IMG/VR virus record: IMGVR_UViG_3300037067_017589
From: an uncultured virus (IMG/VR IMGVR_UViG_3300037067_017589)
Taxonomy: Duplodnaviria > Heunggongvirae > Uroviricota > Caudoviricetes
Direction: 5' to 3' (one strand)
Length of the DNA: 64,000 nucleotides
The stretch's first letter is position 1. Each line of letters begins with the position of its first letter. A program made the position numbers and the translations under genes. Positions 49,112-58,917 of this stretch are shown here, piece after piece. The notes under the pieces were generated by a model. The model searched no databases and was not told the DNA's origin. It saw only the letters and a list, made by a program, of their open reading frames with translations.

Positions 49112-50050
49112 TATTTCTAACATTTTTTTATAGTATCTATTAGGATCTGTTTGGTAGAAAATACCTTTCGGATCTTTCATATATTGAATAGCAGCATGCT
49201 GATATTCTTCAAATTGTTGTTTAGAAAAGTTTTTTATATAGTTTATAAGTTCTTTTTCATCAATTGTTTTATTATTATTTTTTGTAATTATAAATTTTCT
49301 TAAATCAATAAATGCTTTTTCTGGAACAAAATCTTCAACATTATAACATCCAATATATATAGGAACAGCTCCACCATATATAGCATGAGGTAATTTTTCA
49401 GTTAAATAGTTATAAGAATATAATGGATCATAAATATTTTCAGTACAGATATTAAATTTATATTTACAAATTTCACCAAGTTTATCTGTAGTTCTACCTT
49501 TAAAATATGGTAAAGGTAACCTTGATGTTCCATATTTTGAAACTATAATTTTATTTTTATATAAAATATTACCAATAAAATTTCGTAATTCATATATAGA
49601 AGATTTGTGATTTGAAAATTTATCAGCTGAGATAATTACAGCACCATTAATTCTATTATCATGTGAATTCCAATTATTTATAAAATCTAAATAAGTAATA
49701 TGACAACTATTTATATTTTTATTAAGAATAAATCTATCATTACTAGCATAGTTTATTGGAATAATTTTATGTTTAATATTAGTATTTTCAAATACTTTAT
49801 AAAATGGTGAAAATATTTTAGAATATTTATTTAAATAAAAATAATCATAATCTTTTAAACTAACAGTAATTGGTTCAAGCATTATAAAATTATCATTATT
49901 TATAGGATATTTACAAGATTCATATCCCATAAATACATTTGGAATATTCTTGTCACGAATATTATTTATCCAAACTTTTCCTTCAGGACCATCGTATTCA
50001 AGAGATTTTTTAGGATGACCATAATATACAATATTAATTTCTTTTACCAT
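49106..50050 (-). CDS. GT10-family (alpha-1,3/4-fucosyltransferase-like) protein
   Basis: YKFNICTEN...YLTEKL..A..GGAVPIYIG, FIDLRKF. Confidence 0.85.
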   Translation of the reverse strand: MVKEINIVYYGHPKKSLEYDGPEGKVWINNIRDKNIPNVFMGYESCKYPINNDNFIMLEPITVSLKDYDYFYLNKYSKIFSPFYKVFENTNIKHKIIPINYASNDRFILNKNINSCHITYLDFINNWNSHDNRINGAVIISADKFSNHKSSIYELRNFIGNILYKNKIIVSKYGTSRLPLPYFKGRTTDKLGEICKYKFNICTENIYDPLYSYNYLTEKLPHAIYGGAVPIYIGCYNVEDFVPEKAFIDLRKFIITKNNNKTIDEKELINYIKNFSKQQFEEYQHAAIQYMKDPKGIFYQTDPNRYYKKMLEIL

Positions 50051-50052
50051 GT

Positions 50053-50811
50053 TTGTTGATATATCGTATTTTTATGAAAGAAAAAAGATTTGTAATAGTT
50101 ATTCCAAGTTATAATAACAAACAATGGTGTAATAAAAATATTTTATCTGTTCTTAATCAAAATTATTCTAATTATAAAATAATTTATACAGATGATTGCT
50201 CATCTGATGGAACTGTTACAGAAGTAGAAAAGTTATTCTTTGGTAAAAATAATTGTATTTTAATTAAAAATACTGAACGTTTAGGTGCCATGAATAATAT
50301 GTATAATATGGTTCACAGTTGCGATGATGATGAAATTATTATAGTTTTAGATGGTGATGATTGGTTAGCTAATGTTGAAGTTCTTAATAGATTAAATAAA
50401 GAATATAATAAAGAAAATATATTTATAACTTATGGACAATATAGATCTTTTCCAGATAATAAACTTGGTTGTTCACGTCCAATTCCAAAATATATTATAG
50501 ATAATAATAGTTATAGAAAATTTCATTGGTGTTCATCACATTTAAGAACATATTACGCTTGGTTATTTAAAAAAATAAATAAAGAAGATTTTATGGAGAA
50601 TGGAAAATTTTTTGATATGACTAGTGATTTAGCAGCAATGTTTCCTATGTTAGAAATGGCTGGTATTAATCAATCTTTTATTTCTGATGTTTTATATATT
50701 TATAATTGTGAATCTGAAATTAATGATAGTAAGGTTGATAGAATAAGACAAATATATTTAGAAAAAAAAATTAGAGCAAGTAAACCATACAATATTTTGA
50801 AAGAGTTTTAA
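50053..50811 (+). CDS. GT2-family glycosyltransferase
   Basis: IVIPSYN, DDCSSDGT, LDGDDWL, SHLRT. Confidence 0.9.
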   Translation: MLIYRIFMKEKRFVIVIPSYNNKQWCNKNILSVLNQNYSNYKIIYTDDCSSDGTVTEVEKLFFGKNNCILIKNTERLGAMNNMYNMVHSCDDDEIIIVLDGDDWLANVEVLNRLNKEYNKENIFITYGQYRSFPDNKLGCSRPIPKYIIDNNSYRKFHWCSSHLRTYYAWLFKKINKEDFMENGKFFDMTSDLAAMFPMLEMAGINQSFISDVLYIYNCESEINDSKVDRIRQIYLEKKIRASKPYNILKEF

Positions 50812-51548
50812 TGACAGTAACTTTTAGTAAATTAGGCACATATGGTCAACGTGGGAATATGTTGTTTCAAATAGCTGCAACTATTGGATATGCTAAAAAA
50901 TATAAAGTACCATATATATTCCCAAAATGGGAGCATCAGAATGAGTTTGCTATATCAGATGAATATTTTGTAAATATTAATAAAATAAAATTCGATAATA
51001 CTTATAAAGAATCTAATTTTAGATATAATAAAATTCCATTTAAAAAGAATTGTGATTTGTTTGGATATTTTCAAAGTTGTAAATATTTTGATAATTGTAC
51101 TAATTATATAAAAGAATGTTTTGAATTTAAAAATCCTGAAAATCATAATAAATATAAAGATATTTGTGCAATACATATAAGACATGGTGATTATATAAAA
51201 TTTTTTGATTATCATTCAATTCAAACAATGAAATATTATAATGAAGCTATGAAAAAAATACCATGTGAAAAATATATAATATTTTCAGATGATATAAAAT
51301 GGTGTAGAAAAAATTTTATTGGAAATCAATTTATAATAAATGAGACAGGATCATCTGTTATTGATTTTAAATTAATGTCAGCGTGTAATCATTTTATTAT
51401 TGCAAATAGTTCGTTTTCTTGGTGGGCTGCTTGGTTAAGTAAACATAGTAATAAAGTAATAATAGCTCCTAATAATTGGTTTGGTCCAAAATTGAAAAAA
51501 TTAAATCCAATTGATGATTTAATTCCTACAGATTGGATTTTGATTTGA
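50811..51548 (+). CDS. GT11-family (alpha-1,2-fucosyltransferase-like) protein
   Basis: G..GN.LFQ, GYFQ, IHIRHGDY, FSDDIKWC, NSSFSWWAAWL. Confidence 0.92.
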   Translation: MTVTFSKLGTYGQRGNMLFQIAATIGYAKKYKVPYIFPKWEHQNEFAISDEYFVNINKIKFDNTYKESNFRYNKIPFKKNCDLFGYFQSCKYFDNCTNYIKECFEFKNPENHNKYKDICAIHIRHGDYIKFFDYHSIQTMKYYNEAMKKIPCEKYIIFSDDIKWCRKNFIGNQFIINETGSSVIDFKLMSACNHFIIANSSFSWWAAWLSKHSNKVIIAPNNWFGPKLKKLNPIDDLIPTDWILI

Positions 51549-51578
51549 TATAATTATAATTAATACTTGGTGTAAATT

Positions 51579-52451
51579 ATGGATAAATTTAATAAAGTTA
51601 TATTATTTAATTTGTGGCACAATGGTGATTTGCATTGTGGAAGATCTTTTGTTAATTATACTTATAATTATGTTAAATCACTTGGTTTAGAATGTGAACA
51701 TTATCAAAATGTACCACTTAATTTATATAAAGATTTAGGTATTCCATGTAAAACCCCAATTAATGTAGAACATCGCACCCCTTGTTTTATAAAAGATAAT
51801 ATATTATATTTAAATACGTGGTTTGCAATTGATATGACTATTTATAATAAATATGGAGTATCATTTGATACTTTATATGAACATTTTACAAATATATTTA
51901 AAGTATATTTTGATAAGGATATTTCAACAGAAGATTTATGGACATTTTTTCCAGAAATTGATTATAACAAATTTAATATAGAAAATGCAAAGAAATTTTT
52001 AAATACTAATAAAGATAGAAAAAAAATATTTATTTCAAATGGTACTGTTCACTCTGCACAATCTATTAATTTTTCGTTTAGTGATATTATAAATTCACTT
52101 GCAAATAAATATCCTGAATATTTGTTTTTATTATCTAATGAAGATAGTTATATTAAAAATAGTGAGAATATACATTTTACAAAAAATATTATTAATAGTA
52201 ATGAATGTGATTTAAATGAAAATAGTTATTTATCTACAGAATGTGATATAATAATTGGAAGACATTCTAGTCCTTATATGTTTGCAATAACTAAATATAA
52301 TTATAATAGAAATGTAAAATTCATTGATTTTTGTATAAGGGAAAATTTTTATTGGATAGTAAATTTACCAATGACTTATAAAGCAACGATCATTGGAAGT
52401 AGAGAGATGAATCCAATGCTTATATTTAAAATAATAGAAAATAATATATGA
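51579..52451 (+). CDS. putative GT-B fold glycosyltransferase
   Basis: HNGDLH N-terminus, DLNENSYLSTECDIIIGR.S; paralogous to the C-terminus of 58918. Confidence 0.5.
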   Translation: MDKFNKVILFNLWHNGDLHCGRSFVNYTYNYVKSLGLECEHYQNVPLNLYKDLGIPCKTPINVEHRTPCFIKDNILYLNTWFAIDMTIYNKYGVSFDTLYEHFTNIFKVYFDKDISTEDLWTFFPEIDYNKFNIENAKKFLNTNKDRKKIFISNGTVHSAQSINFSFSDIINSLANKYPEYLFLLSNEDSYIKNSENIHFTKNIINSNECDLNENSYLSTECDIIIGRHSSPYMFAITKYNYNRNVKFIDFCIRENFYWIVNLPMTYKATIIGSREMNPMLIFKIIENNI

Positions 52452-53140
52452 AAACTTTTGACCAAAATAATGAAATATTAATATATACACACATTCCAAA
52501 ATGTGGCGGGACATCACTTCATGATTGGCTTTTGCGAGCATTTAATGATAATTATTTAACAATTATATCTCCAAATATTATTGATAATCAAAATTTTTCT
52601 TTATATAAAGGTTTTGGTGGTCATCAGTATTATGGTGATAATCCTAAAGATTTTAATGGAAAAGTTCCAGTTTATATTTCAGTAATGAGAAATCCTATTT
52701 CTAGATTTATATCATATTATAATCATGTATTAAATAATAAAAATCATTATTCACATAAATATATTATTAATAGTGACCCTTTAACATTTGCACATTCATT
52801 ATATAATATTAATAATGGAGAAATTTCAAATTTACAAGTAAAAATGTTAAACAATAATCGTGAAAATGAAAATTGGATTGATGCATTAAATAATATTAAA
52901 AAAAATTATATAATTGTTGGATGTTTTGAGAATATGAATGAATTTTATAATAAATTAAGTAATTTTCTTAAAGTATCACCATTAATAAAAGTTAATTATT
53001 TAAATATTTCTAATAAAAATAATATAGAATATTCTAATTCATATTTGAAAGAATTAAATGATTATATTTTAGAAATTAATAATCAAGATTATGCTTTATA
53101 TAAAGCTATTTTTGAAAACAATGATACAAAAAATATATGA
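52448..53140 (+). CDS. sulfotransferase family protein
   Basis: HIPKCGGTS (5'-PSB), MRNPISRFISYY (3'-PB), N.QDY.LY. Confidence 0.88.
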   Translation: MKTFDQNNEILIYTHIPKCGGTSLHDWLLRAFNDNYLTIISPNIIDNQNFSLYKGFGGHQYYGDNPKDFNGKVPVYISVMRNPISRFISYYNHVLNNKNHYSHKYIINSDPLTFAHSLYNINNGEISNLQVKMLNNNRENENWIDALNNIKKNYIIVGCFENMNEFYNKLSNFLKVSPLIKVNYLNISNKNNIEYSNSYLKELNDYILEINNQDYALYKAIFENNDTKNI

Positions 53141-53787
53141 AAATGTGTAATAAATGTAAAATAGAAAAAAATAAATCTGATTTTCATACAAAAAAATCTA
53201 CTAAAGATGGATTGCAATATCAGTGTAAACAATGTACAAAAGAATATTATATTAATAATAAAGAACAGTTTTTAAAACAAAAGAAACAATATAGTATTAA
53301 TAATAAAGAAAAAATTAAAGAAAAATCTAAAGAATATTATATTAATAATAAAGAACAAATTAAAGAATATCAATTAAAAAATAAAAATAAAATTTTAGAA
53401 TATAATAAAGATTATCAAAAAAAACGAAGATTAAAAGATCCAACATTTAATTTGCGTCATAATATTTCTCACTTAATTAACGAAGCACTTAAAAAACAAA
53501 ACTCTTCGAAAACTGACAAGTCTATATTACAATATCTTCCATATACTATAAATGAATTTAAACAACATTTAGAAAAACAATGGGAACCTTGGATGAATTG
53601 GGATAATCATGGTAGAATTAATAAGAATAAAAAAACATGGCATATTGATCATATAATTCCACAATTTTTTCTTCCATACAATTCAATGGAAGAAGAAAAT
53701 TTTCAAAAATGTTGGGCATTAGAAAATCTACGTCCTTTAGAGGCTTTTAAAAATATTAAAAAGAAAAATAAAATTGAATTTAAATAA
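53137..53787 (+). CDS. free-standing HNH-type endonuclease (third family member)
   Basis: CNKC...CKQC, WHIDHIIP, CWALENLRPL. Confidence 0.8.
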   Translation: MKMCNKCKIEKNKSDFHTKKSTKDGLQYQCKQCTKEYYINNKEQFLKQKKQYSINNKEKIKEKSKEYYINNKEQIKEYQLKNKNKILEYNKDYQKKRRLKDPTFNLRHNISHLINEALKKQNSSKTDKSILQYLPYTINEFKQHLEKQWEPWMNWDNHGRINKNKKTWHIDHIIPQFFLPYNSMEEENFQKCWALENLRPLEAFKNIKKKNKIEFK

Positions 53788-53817
53788 TATAAAAAACAAT
53801 AATAATACAGGAAACAT

Positions 53818-54291
53818 ATGAAAATATTACAAATATTATATCCAAACATTGAACATTGTAATCTTTTAATTAAATTATTTAATGAAATTATAGAGTTAAA
53901 AGAAGATAAAAAATTTCACCCTCATGAATTTACATATGAATTTGCATATGACCTTTGTACTGATTATGTTGGAAAAGATCTTTATTATATTATGTTAGAT
54001 AGTGATATTGATAAAGACGATCAAATTATTGCATATGGTTTATTAAGAGGATGGGATAATGGATATAAAATTCCTTGTTTGGGTATTTATGTAAGTAAAA
54101 ATTACCGTGGAAAAGGATTTTCTAAATTATTAATGAATTTTTTACATTTAGCAGCAAAAAATAATGGAGCAGAAAAAATTAGATTAAAGGTTTATAAAGA
54201 TAATGTTACTGCAGTTAGGTTATATAAGTCTTTTGGATATGAATTTAGTTATTATGATAATAAACAATATTTAGGAATTAAAACTTTGTGA
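53818..54291 (+). CDS. GNAT acetyltransferase
   Basis: V...YRGKGFSK.L, L.V...N..A..LYKSFG. Confidence 0.9.
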   Translation: MKILQILYPNIEHCNLLIKLFNEIIELKEDKKFHPHEFTYEFAYDLCTDYVGKDLYYIMLDSDIDKDDQIIAYGLLRGWDNGYKIPCLGIYVSKNYRGKGFSKLLMNFLHLAAKNNGAEKIRLKVYKDNVTAVRLYKSFGYEFSYYDNKQYLGIKTL

Positions 54292-54297
54292 GGAAAT

Positions 54298-54606
54298 ATG
54301 AGCGATACGATCGGCGGAATTATTGATAAATTATGTACAGTAGATTTGAAAATGTGGAATAATCAAGATATTCTTTATGAAATTCGTAGAATGACATTTG
54401 AAGAATATAAAAATAAGTATTGGCAAACAGAAGATGGTGCAAAAAAACTTTGGGATATTTTAAAAAAAGCATGTGATTTGAATAATCAACGTAATCAACT
54501 TATAGATGAGGTTGATGAAAAAATTGTAGAAATAATAAATTCTGCAGTTTCTGGTGAAAATTTAGACAATGGAAAATTTATTCAAAGAAAACATAAGACA
54601 TATTAA
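54298..54606 (+). CDS. helical protein, DUF4254-like
   Basis: IDKL...DLKMW..QD..R, DLNNQRNQLIDEVD. Confidence 0.6.
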   Translation: MSDTIGGIIDKLCTVDLKMWNNQDILYEIRRMTFEEYKNKYWQTEDGAKKLWDILKKACDLNNQRNQLIDEVDEKIVEIINSAVSGENLDNGKFIQRKHKTY

Positions 54607-54608
54607 TT

Positions 54609-54869
54609 ATGGATAAAAATAATTTTGGTAATTTAATATATAAACTTTCTACAATAGATCATGAACTTTGGGAAAATCAAGAATTTCTATATGAAATAAA
54701 GAGAATGACTTTTGAAGAATTTGATAATAAATATTGTAAAACAATAGATAGTAAAAAATATATGTTAAATATATTAAATAATTTATGTGATTTGAATTTG
54801 GAACGCAATAAACTTATAGATGCAATTGATGAAAAAATTATAGAAATAATAAAAGGAGCAGTAAAATGA
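54609..54869 (+). CDS. DUF4254-like paralogue of 54298
   Basis: KL.TID..LW.NQE.LYEI.RMTFEE, DLN..RN.LID.IDEKI. Confidence 0.6.
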   Translation: MDKNNFGNLIYKLSTIDHELWENQEFLYEIKRMTFEEFDNKYCKTIDSKKYMLNILNNLCDLNLERNKLIDAIDEKIIEIIKGAVK

Positions 54870-54975
54870 AAGTTGGTTTAGATTTTAATAGGAAATTTTA
54901 TGGACAATGGTCTCCACCTGTTGATCAGGTATTATTTGAAAATTATTTTAAAGATAAAAGGAATGGTTTCTTTAT

Positions 54976-56371
54976 CAAAGCAATGCAAGAAAACCCCTAC
55001 CAAGCTTGTCTTGGTGGGGGATGAATTGCATTAATGCCCTTTACATTTTCCAAACATGAGTCAAAATACTTTATATGCCAAATCCTAAATCTAAAAAGAA
55101 AACTATTTCCAGAACTATGAAGATAAAAATTGATCTTCCTAAAGATCAATTTTTACCTCTTATGGATATGGCTTCTAAAGTATATAATACTCATGTGGAT
55201 TGGTGCTTTGAGCACAAATCAATTAATACTAAAAAAGTACATGTAGATCTTTATTCCGATCTTACTAATCAATTCCCAGATCTTCCTTCTGCTCTTATTC
55301 AATCCATTAGAGATTCTGCTATTGGAAATATTAAAACTAATAATAAGAAAAAACCATGGAAATTTAAGTCATCAAAATCGAATTCCTCAGGAGTTCAATT
55401 TGATTTAAGAACTTCTTCTTTAAGAGGAAATTTATTAACAATTTCTACTTTAACTAAAAATTATCGTTATAAAACTATAATAGAAATTCCAAAATATTTC
55501 CAATACTTAATAACTGAAAAAGTTAATGGAAAAGATAAATGGAAATATAAAGGACTGCAATTAACCTTTGAGAAACAAAAACAACAGTTCTTTGTTTCTC
55601 TAATCTTTACTTCAGACCAGCCTTCTGCAAATGCAGAAGGCGATGTTCTGGGTATTGATCGGGGAATAATTAATACTATTAGTTGTTCTAATGGTATGGA
55701 AGTGTCAGGAAAACATCGTAATAAAATAAAAAGAAAGAATAGTTATAATAGGAAAAAGCTTCAGGCAAAAGGCACTCGCGCTGCCAAAACACGTTTACGT
55801 ATTTTGTCAGGACGAGAAAAGCGGTTCAGCCAAAATGAAAATCATATTATTTCTAAATCTCTAGTGCAATTACCTTTCCAATATTTCATCTTTGAAAAAC
55901 TTTCAAAGATGAATAAGAAATCCAAGGGCAAAAGAATGAATAGGAGAATTTCTAATTGGAGTTTCTACCAATTGGAAATGTATACTAAATACAAAGCTGA
56001 AGCAATTGGGAAGGTAGTAGATTATGTAAATCCACAATATACAAGTCAGAGATGCAATTCTTGCGGATACATATCTCGCAAGAATCGCAAGGGAAGTGAA
56101 TTTCATTGTATAAAGTGTGGGCATAAAGATGGAGCAGATTTCAATGCTTCAAAGAATATTAGAGACTTATGGATAAGTGAAAAAATCTCGAAAGAGCAGG
56201 CTCCAGTCAATGAGCCAAACAATAGTCTGAAAAAGATTGATAATGTTGAAAGACATTATCCGACTATTAAATTATCGCCTGGATTGAATTCCGGGGCAAT
56301 TGAAGGGATACTAACCAATTGTCTGGTAGATACAAGCCCCTACCAAGCTTTGCTTGGTGGGGGTGGTTGAC
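54976..56371 (+). mobile_element. IS200/IS605-family (IS1341-like, tnpB-only) element
   Basis: Inserted 3' of TTTAT with no duplication; matching subterminal hairpins CCCCTACCAAG...CTTGGTGGGG at both ends; ends GTTGAC. Confidence 0.93.
55075..56370 (+). CDS. tnpB: TnpB RNA-guided endonuclease
   Basis: RuvC I GIDRG, RuvC II FEKL, YTSQRC..CG...C.KCG, RuvC III ADFNA. Confidence 0.95.
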   Translation: MPNPKSKKKTISRTMKIKIDLPKDQFLPLMDMASKVYNTHVDWCFEHKSINTKKVHVDLYSDLTNQFPDLPSALIQSIRDSAIGNIKTNNKKKPWKFKSSKSNSSGVQFDLRTSSLRGNLLTISTLTKNYRYKTIIEIPKYFQYLITEKVNGKDKWKYKGLQLTFEKQKQQFFVSLIFTSDQPSANAEGDVLGIDRGIINTISCSNGMEVSGKHRNKIKRKNSYNRKKLQAKGTRAAKTRLRILSGREKRFSQNENHIISKSLVQLPFQYFIFEKLSKMNKKSKGKRMNRRISNWSFYQLEMYTKYKAEAIGKVVDYVNPQYTSQRCNSCGYISRKNRKGSEFHCIKCGHKDGADFNASKNIRDLWISEKISKEQAPVNEPNNSLKKIDNVERHYPTIKLSPGLNSGAIEGILTNCLVDTSPYQALLGGGG

Positions 56372-57004
56372 AGAAGCAGGAGCTGTTGATGGAGTTAGTA
56401 TTAGCTGTTGTAAATTCTTTGAAGAATTTATGGGATGGAAAGGTATTAATTTTGAACCATCTAGTAAATATTATCAACAATTAATAAAAAAAAGACCAAA
56501 GAGTACAAATTTAAACATGGGATTATCTAATAAGACGGAAATTTTAATTTTTAAAGATGTTATTACACCTACAGGTGAATGTTCTGGTAATGGTTCATTT
56601 AAACATACAAAAGAACATTTAGATGAGTTAACTTACCATAAAATTATATCATTTAAAGAATATGAAGTTAAGACAATTAATTATATTGATTTGATTTATA
56701 AATATAATATTCAAAAAATTGATTTATTTTGTTTGGATGTTGAAGGTTTTGAAATTAAAGTATTAGATGGAATGTCAAAGTCTAAAATTCTTCCAACTAT
56801 TTTATGTATAGAATATAATCATCTTGGTTTAAGAAATATTATAGATTATGTACTTGAACTTAATATTGGATATAAATTTGATTTTATTAGTTTTAATAAT
56901 GCTTATTTTTCTACTAATGATATTCAAAAGAAAGAAAAATGGTTTGGAGAAACTCATGAAGAATTTTCAGTTGAAAATGGAAAAGAAAAATGGGTTAAAT
57001 TTAA

Positions 57005-57301
57005 CTTTTTTCAACAAGAAGTCCCTTTCCTTTAGGTGATGGATGAATTGTTGTTAAACTTTTTTCTTGATTTTAGGAATTTCTTGATATATTCTAAATA
57101 GAAGATCACATGGTGCTATTTTTTAGCACAAAGCCTCTTTGAGGCTTGATTCAAATATATGATGTGATCTTTTTAGAAAAATGAATCAAAATTTTAGTTA
57201 CTAAACATTTATTGCCTGGGACAGGCTATTGAGGATAATTCTCAATATGTTGGAACCATGTGGATCCAAGAAGCTCTTTCCTTTAGGTGGGGGTAGTTCA
57301 T
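57005..57301 (+). mobile_element. complete non-autonomous IS200/IS605 derivative (297 bp)
   Basis: TTTAA at 57000-57004, left end CTTTTTTCAACAAGAAGTCCC, ends GGGTAGTTCAT. Confidence 0.9.
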
Positions 57302-57320
57302 TGAAAGAATTAACAATACC
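57101..57320 (+). ncRNA. putative TnpB omegaRNA (scaffold plus flank-derived guide); equivalents in the other copies
   Basis: Follows TTGATT-N17-TATTCT. Nested stems AGATCACAT/ATGTGATCT, GTGCTA/TAGCAC, AAGCCTC/GAGGCTT, TATTGAG/CTCAATA, then the right-end hairpin. Confidence 0.55.
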
Positions 57321-58104
57321 GATAGCTACTGGACTTGGAGATTTATTTCTTATTTCTGCAGTATTAAATAATATAAAAAATGATTATGATATTATTCGTA
57401 TTAATCCTCAATGGTGGTTTATAAAGGATTATAAAAAATATACAAATGAACAGTCTCAATTATTTAAAGATGTTTTTTCTAATATAATTAAATTATTATT
57501 AAATGATGAAAAATTTATTATAGGAGGACATAATAAAAACGAACCTGTAAAAGGTTTTGAAGATTTATGTAAAGATTGGGTTGTTCCGGTATTACCAAGA
57601 TTTTCTGATAAATTATGTAATAATAATTATGATTTGAATTTAGATAGTGAATATATAGTTATTACCACTAAAATTAGAGAGCTTGGATGTAACTTTAATT
57701 ACATAAAAATTGATTTACTTAATACTTTAAATTTATTATCTAAAAAATATAAGATAGTTATATTAGGAGATTGTGAACAATATCTTGGTCAGGATTGTAT
57801 TTATGATGATATTGTAAAAAATCTTAAACATAATATTATAGATTTTACAATACCTTATTCTAAAATGTTAATACCAGATATTGAACAAATTAAAAAAGAT
57901 TGTACAATAATGAATAGGTCAAAATGTGTTATTACACTTGGTTGTGGTGGTAATTTTTGTATGTCATTATCAGTATCAAATCGTATGATTAGTTTTAAGA
58001 ATGATCGTTATAATAGTGTAAACAGAATGGTAATTGGACATCCGGAATTTAGTTTTTATAGTAATTTTAAAGAATTTCAAAAAGCATTATTAAAAATGTT
58101 GTGA
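57301..58104 (+). CDS. putative GT-B fold glycosyltransferase
   Basis: KELTIPIATGLGDL N-terminus, KIVILG, ITLGCGG. The upstream 24 aa of the listed ORF are element-derived. Confidence 0.5.
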   Translation: MKELTIPIATGLGDLFLISAVLNNIKNDYDIIRINPQWWFIKDYKKYTNEQSQLFKDVFSNIIKLLLNDEKFIIGGHNKNEPVKGFEDLCKDWVVPVLPRFSDKLCNNNYDLNLDSEYIVITTKIRELGCNFNYIKIDLLNTLNLLSKKYKIVILGDCEQYLGQDCIYDDIVKNLKHNIIDFTIPYSKMLIPDIEQIKKDCTIMNRSKCVITLGCGGNFCMSLSVSNRMISFKNDRYNSVNRMVIGHPEFSFYSNFKEFQKALLKML

Positions 58105-58869
58105 TTGGATTTTATGAAAATTAGTTTAGATTGGGTTAATCAAAAACAGGAAAATATGCATTTGATAACTACATTATCAAAATCTTCTTCTGACGAACGA
58201 AATAATGAATATATTACTTGTTTAAAAAATAATAATCAAAATAAACATATTAAATCTATAACAATTTTATCTGAAGATAAAAATATACAAACACTAACAA
58301 ATAATATATATAAAGCTAAAACAATTATAACAGAAACAAGACCAACTTTTAAAATAATTGTAGATTATATTAATAATAATTTTTCAACTGGTGATATTAT
58401 TATTATATCTAATTCAGATATTTATTATAATGACAGTTTAAAATATGTAAATTTTGATAAAAATTATGCTTATTGTTTAACAAGATGGCACAAAGATAAA
58501 GTACAAGACGATTGGTTTCATGGTGGTTTTCCAGCATCTCATGATACTTGGATATTAAAAGTTCCAATAATAGTTAATGATATAAATTTTTATATGGGAG
58601 TGCTTGGTTGTGATTCTAGATTTTCATATCAACTTTTTAAGAATAAATATTTTACAATAAATCCATCATATTTAATAAAATGTTATCATTTTCATATTTC
58701 TCAGGTACGTACTTGGAAAGATGAAGATATATTATGTGGAGATTATCTTGGAATTAAACCATGTAGTAAAATAGAATACATACCAGGTAAAATTTTTAAA
58801 TATAGTGGTAGTAGAATAAATGGAATATATTTTCAAACACAGCATATTTATAATTTTAATAAATATTAA
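58105..58869 (+). CDS. glycan-associated hypothetical protein (GT-A-like)
   Basis: RPTF, ISNSDIY, CLTRW, SHDTW, G.LGCD; paralogue of 60712. Confidence 0.55.
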   Translation: MDFMKISLDWVNQKQENMHLITTLSKSSSDERNNEYITCLKNNNQNKHIKSITILSEDKNIQTLTNNIYKAKTIITETRPTFKIIVDYINNNFSTGDIIIISNSDIYYNDSLKYVNFDKNYAYCLTRWHKDKVQDDWFHGGFPASHDTWILKVPIIVNDINFYMGVLGCDSRFSYQLFKNKYFTINPSYLIKCYHFHISQVRTWKDEDILCGDYLGIKPCSKIEYIPGKIFKYSGSRINGIYFQTQHIYNFNKY

Positions 58870-58917
58870 TATTACATTGATATATTAATATTTACATTTG
58901 ATGTTTTATGGAAATAT

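Larger units (their letters stand above)
54866..57035 (+). pseudogene. FkbM-family methyltransferase split by the TnpB element
   Basis: 54866-54975 (MKVG...FYGQW...GFF) joined to 56372 restores F-I-EAGAVDG; WKGINFEP, LDVEGFE. The 3' end is also altered by the 57005 insertion. Confidence 0.88.

Noticed and set aside
54976..56371. IStron (group I intron plus IS) or Cas12f system
   Set aside because: Only about 100 nt precede tnpB, leaving no room for an intron core, and there is no CRISPR array.
20475..57301. Dispersed repeats as a CRISPR array
   Set aside because: No regular repeat-spacer periodicity; the copies have IS200/IS605 ends and target motifs.
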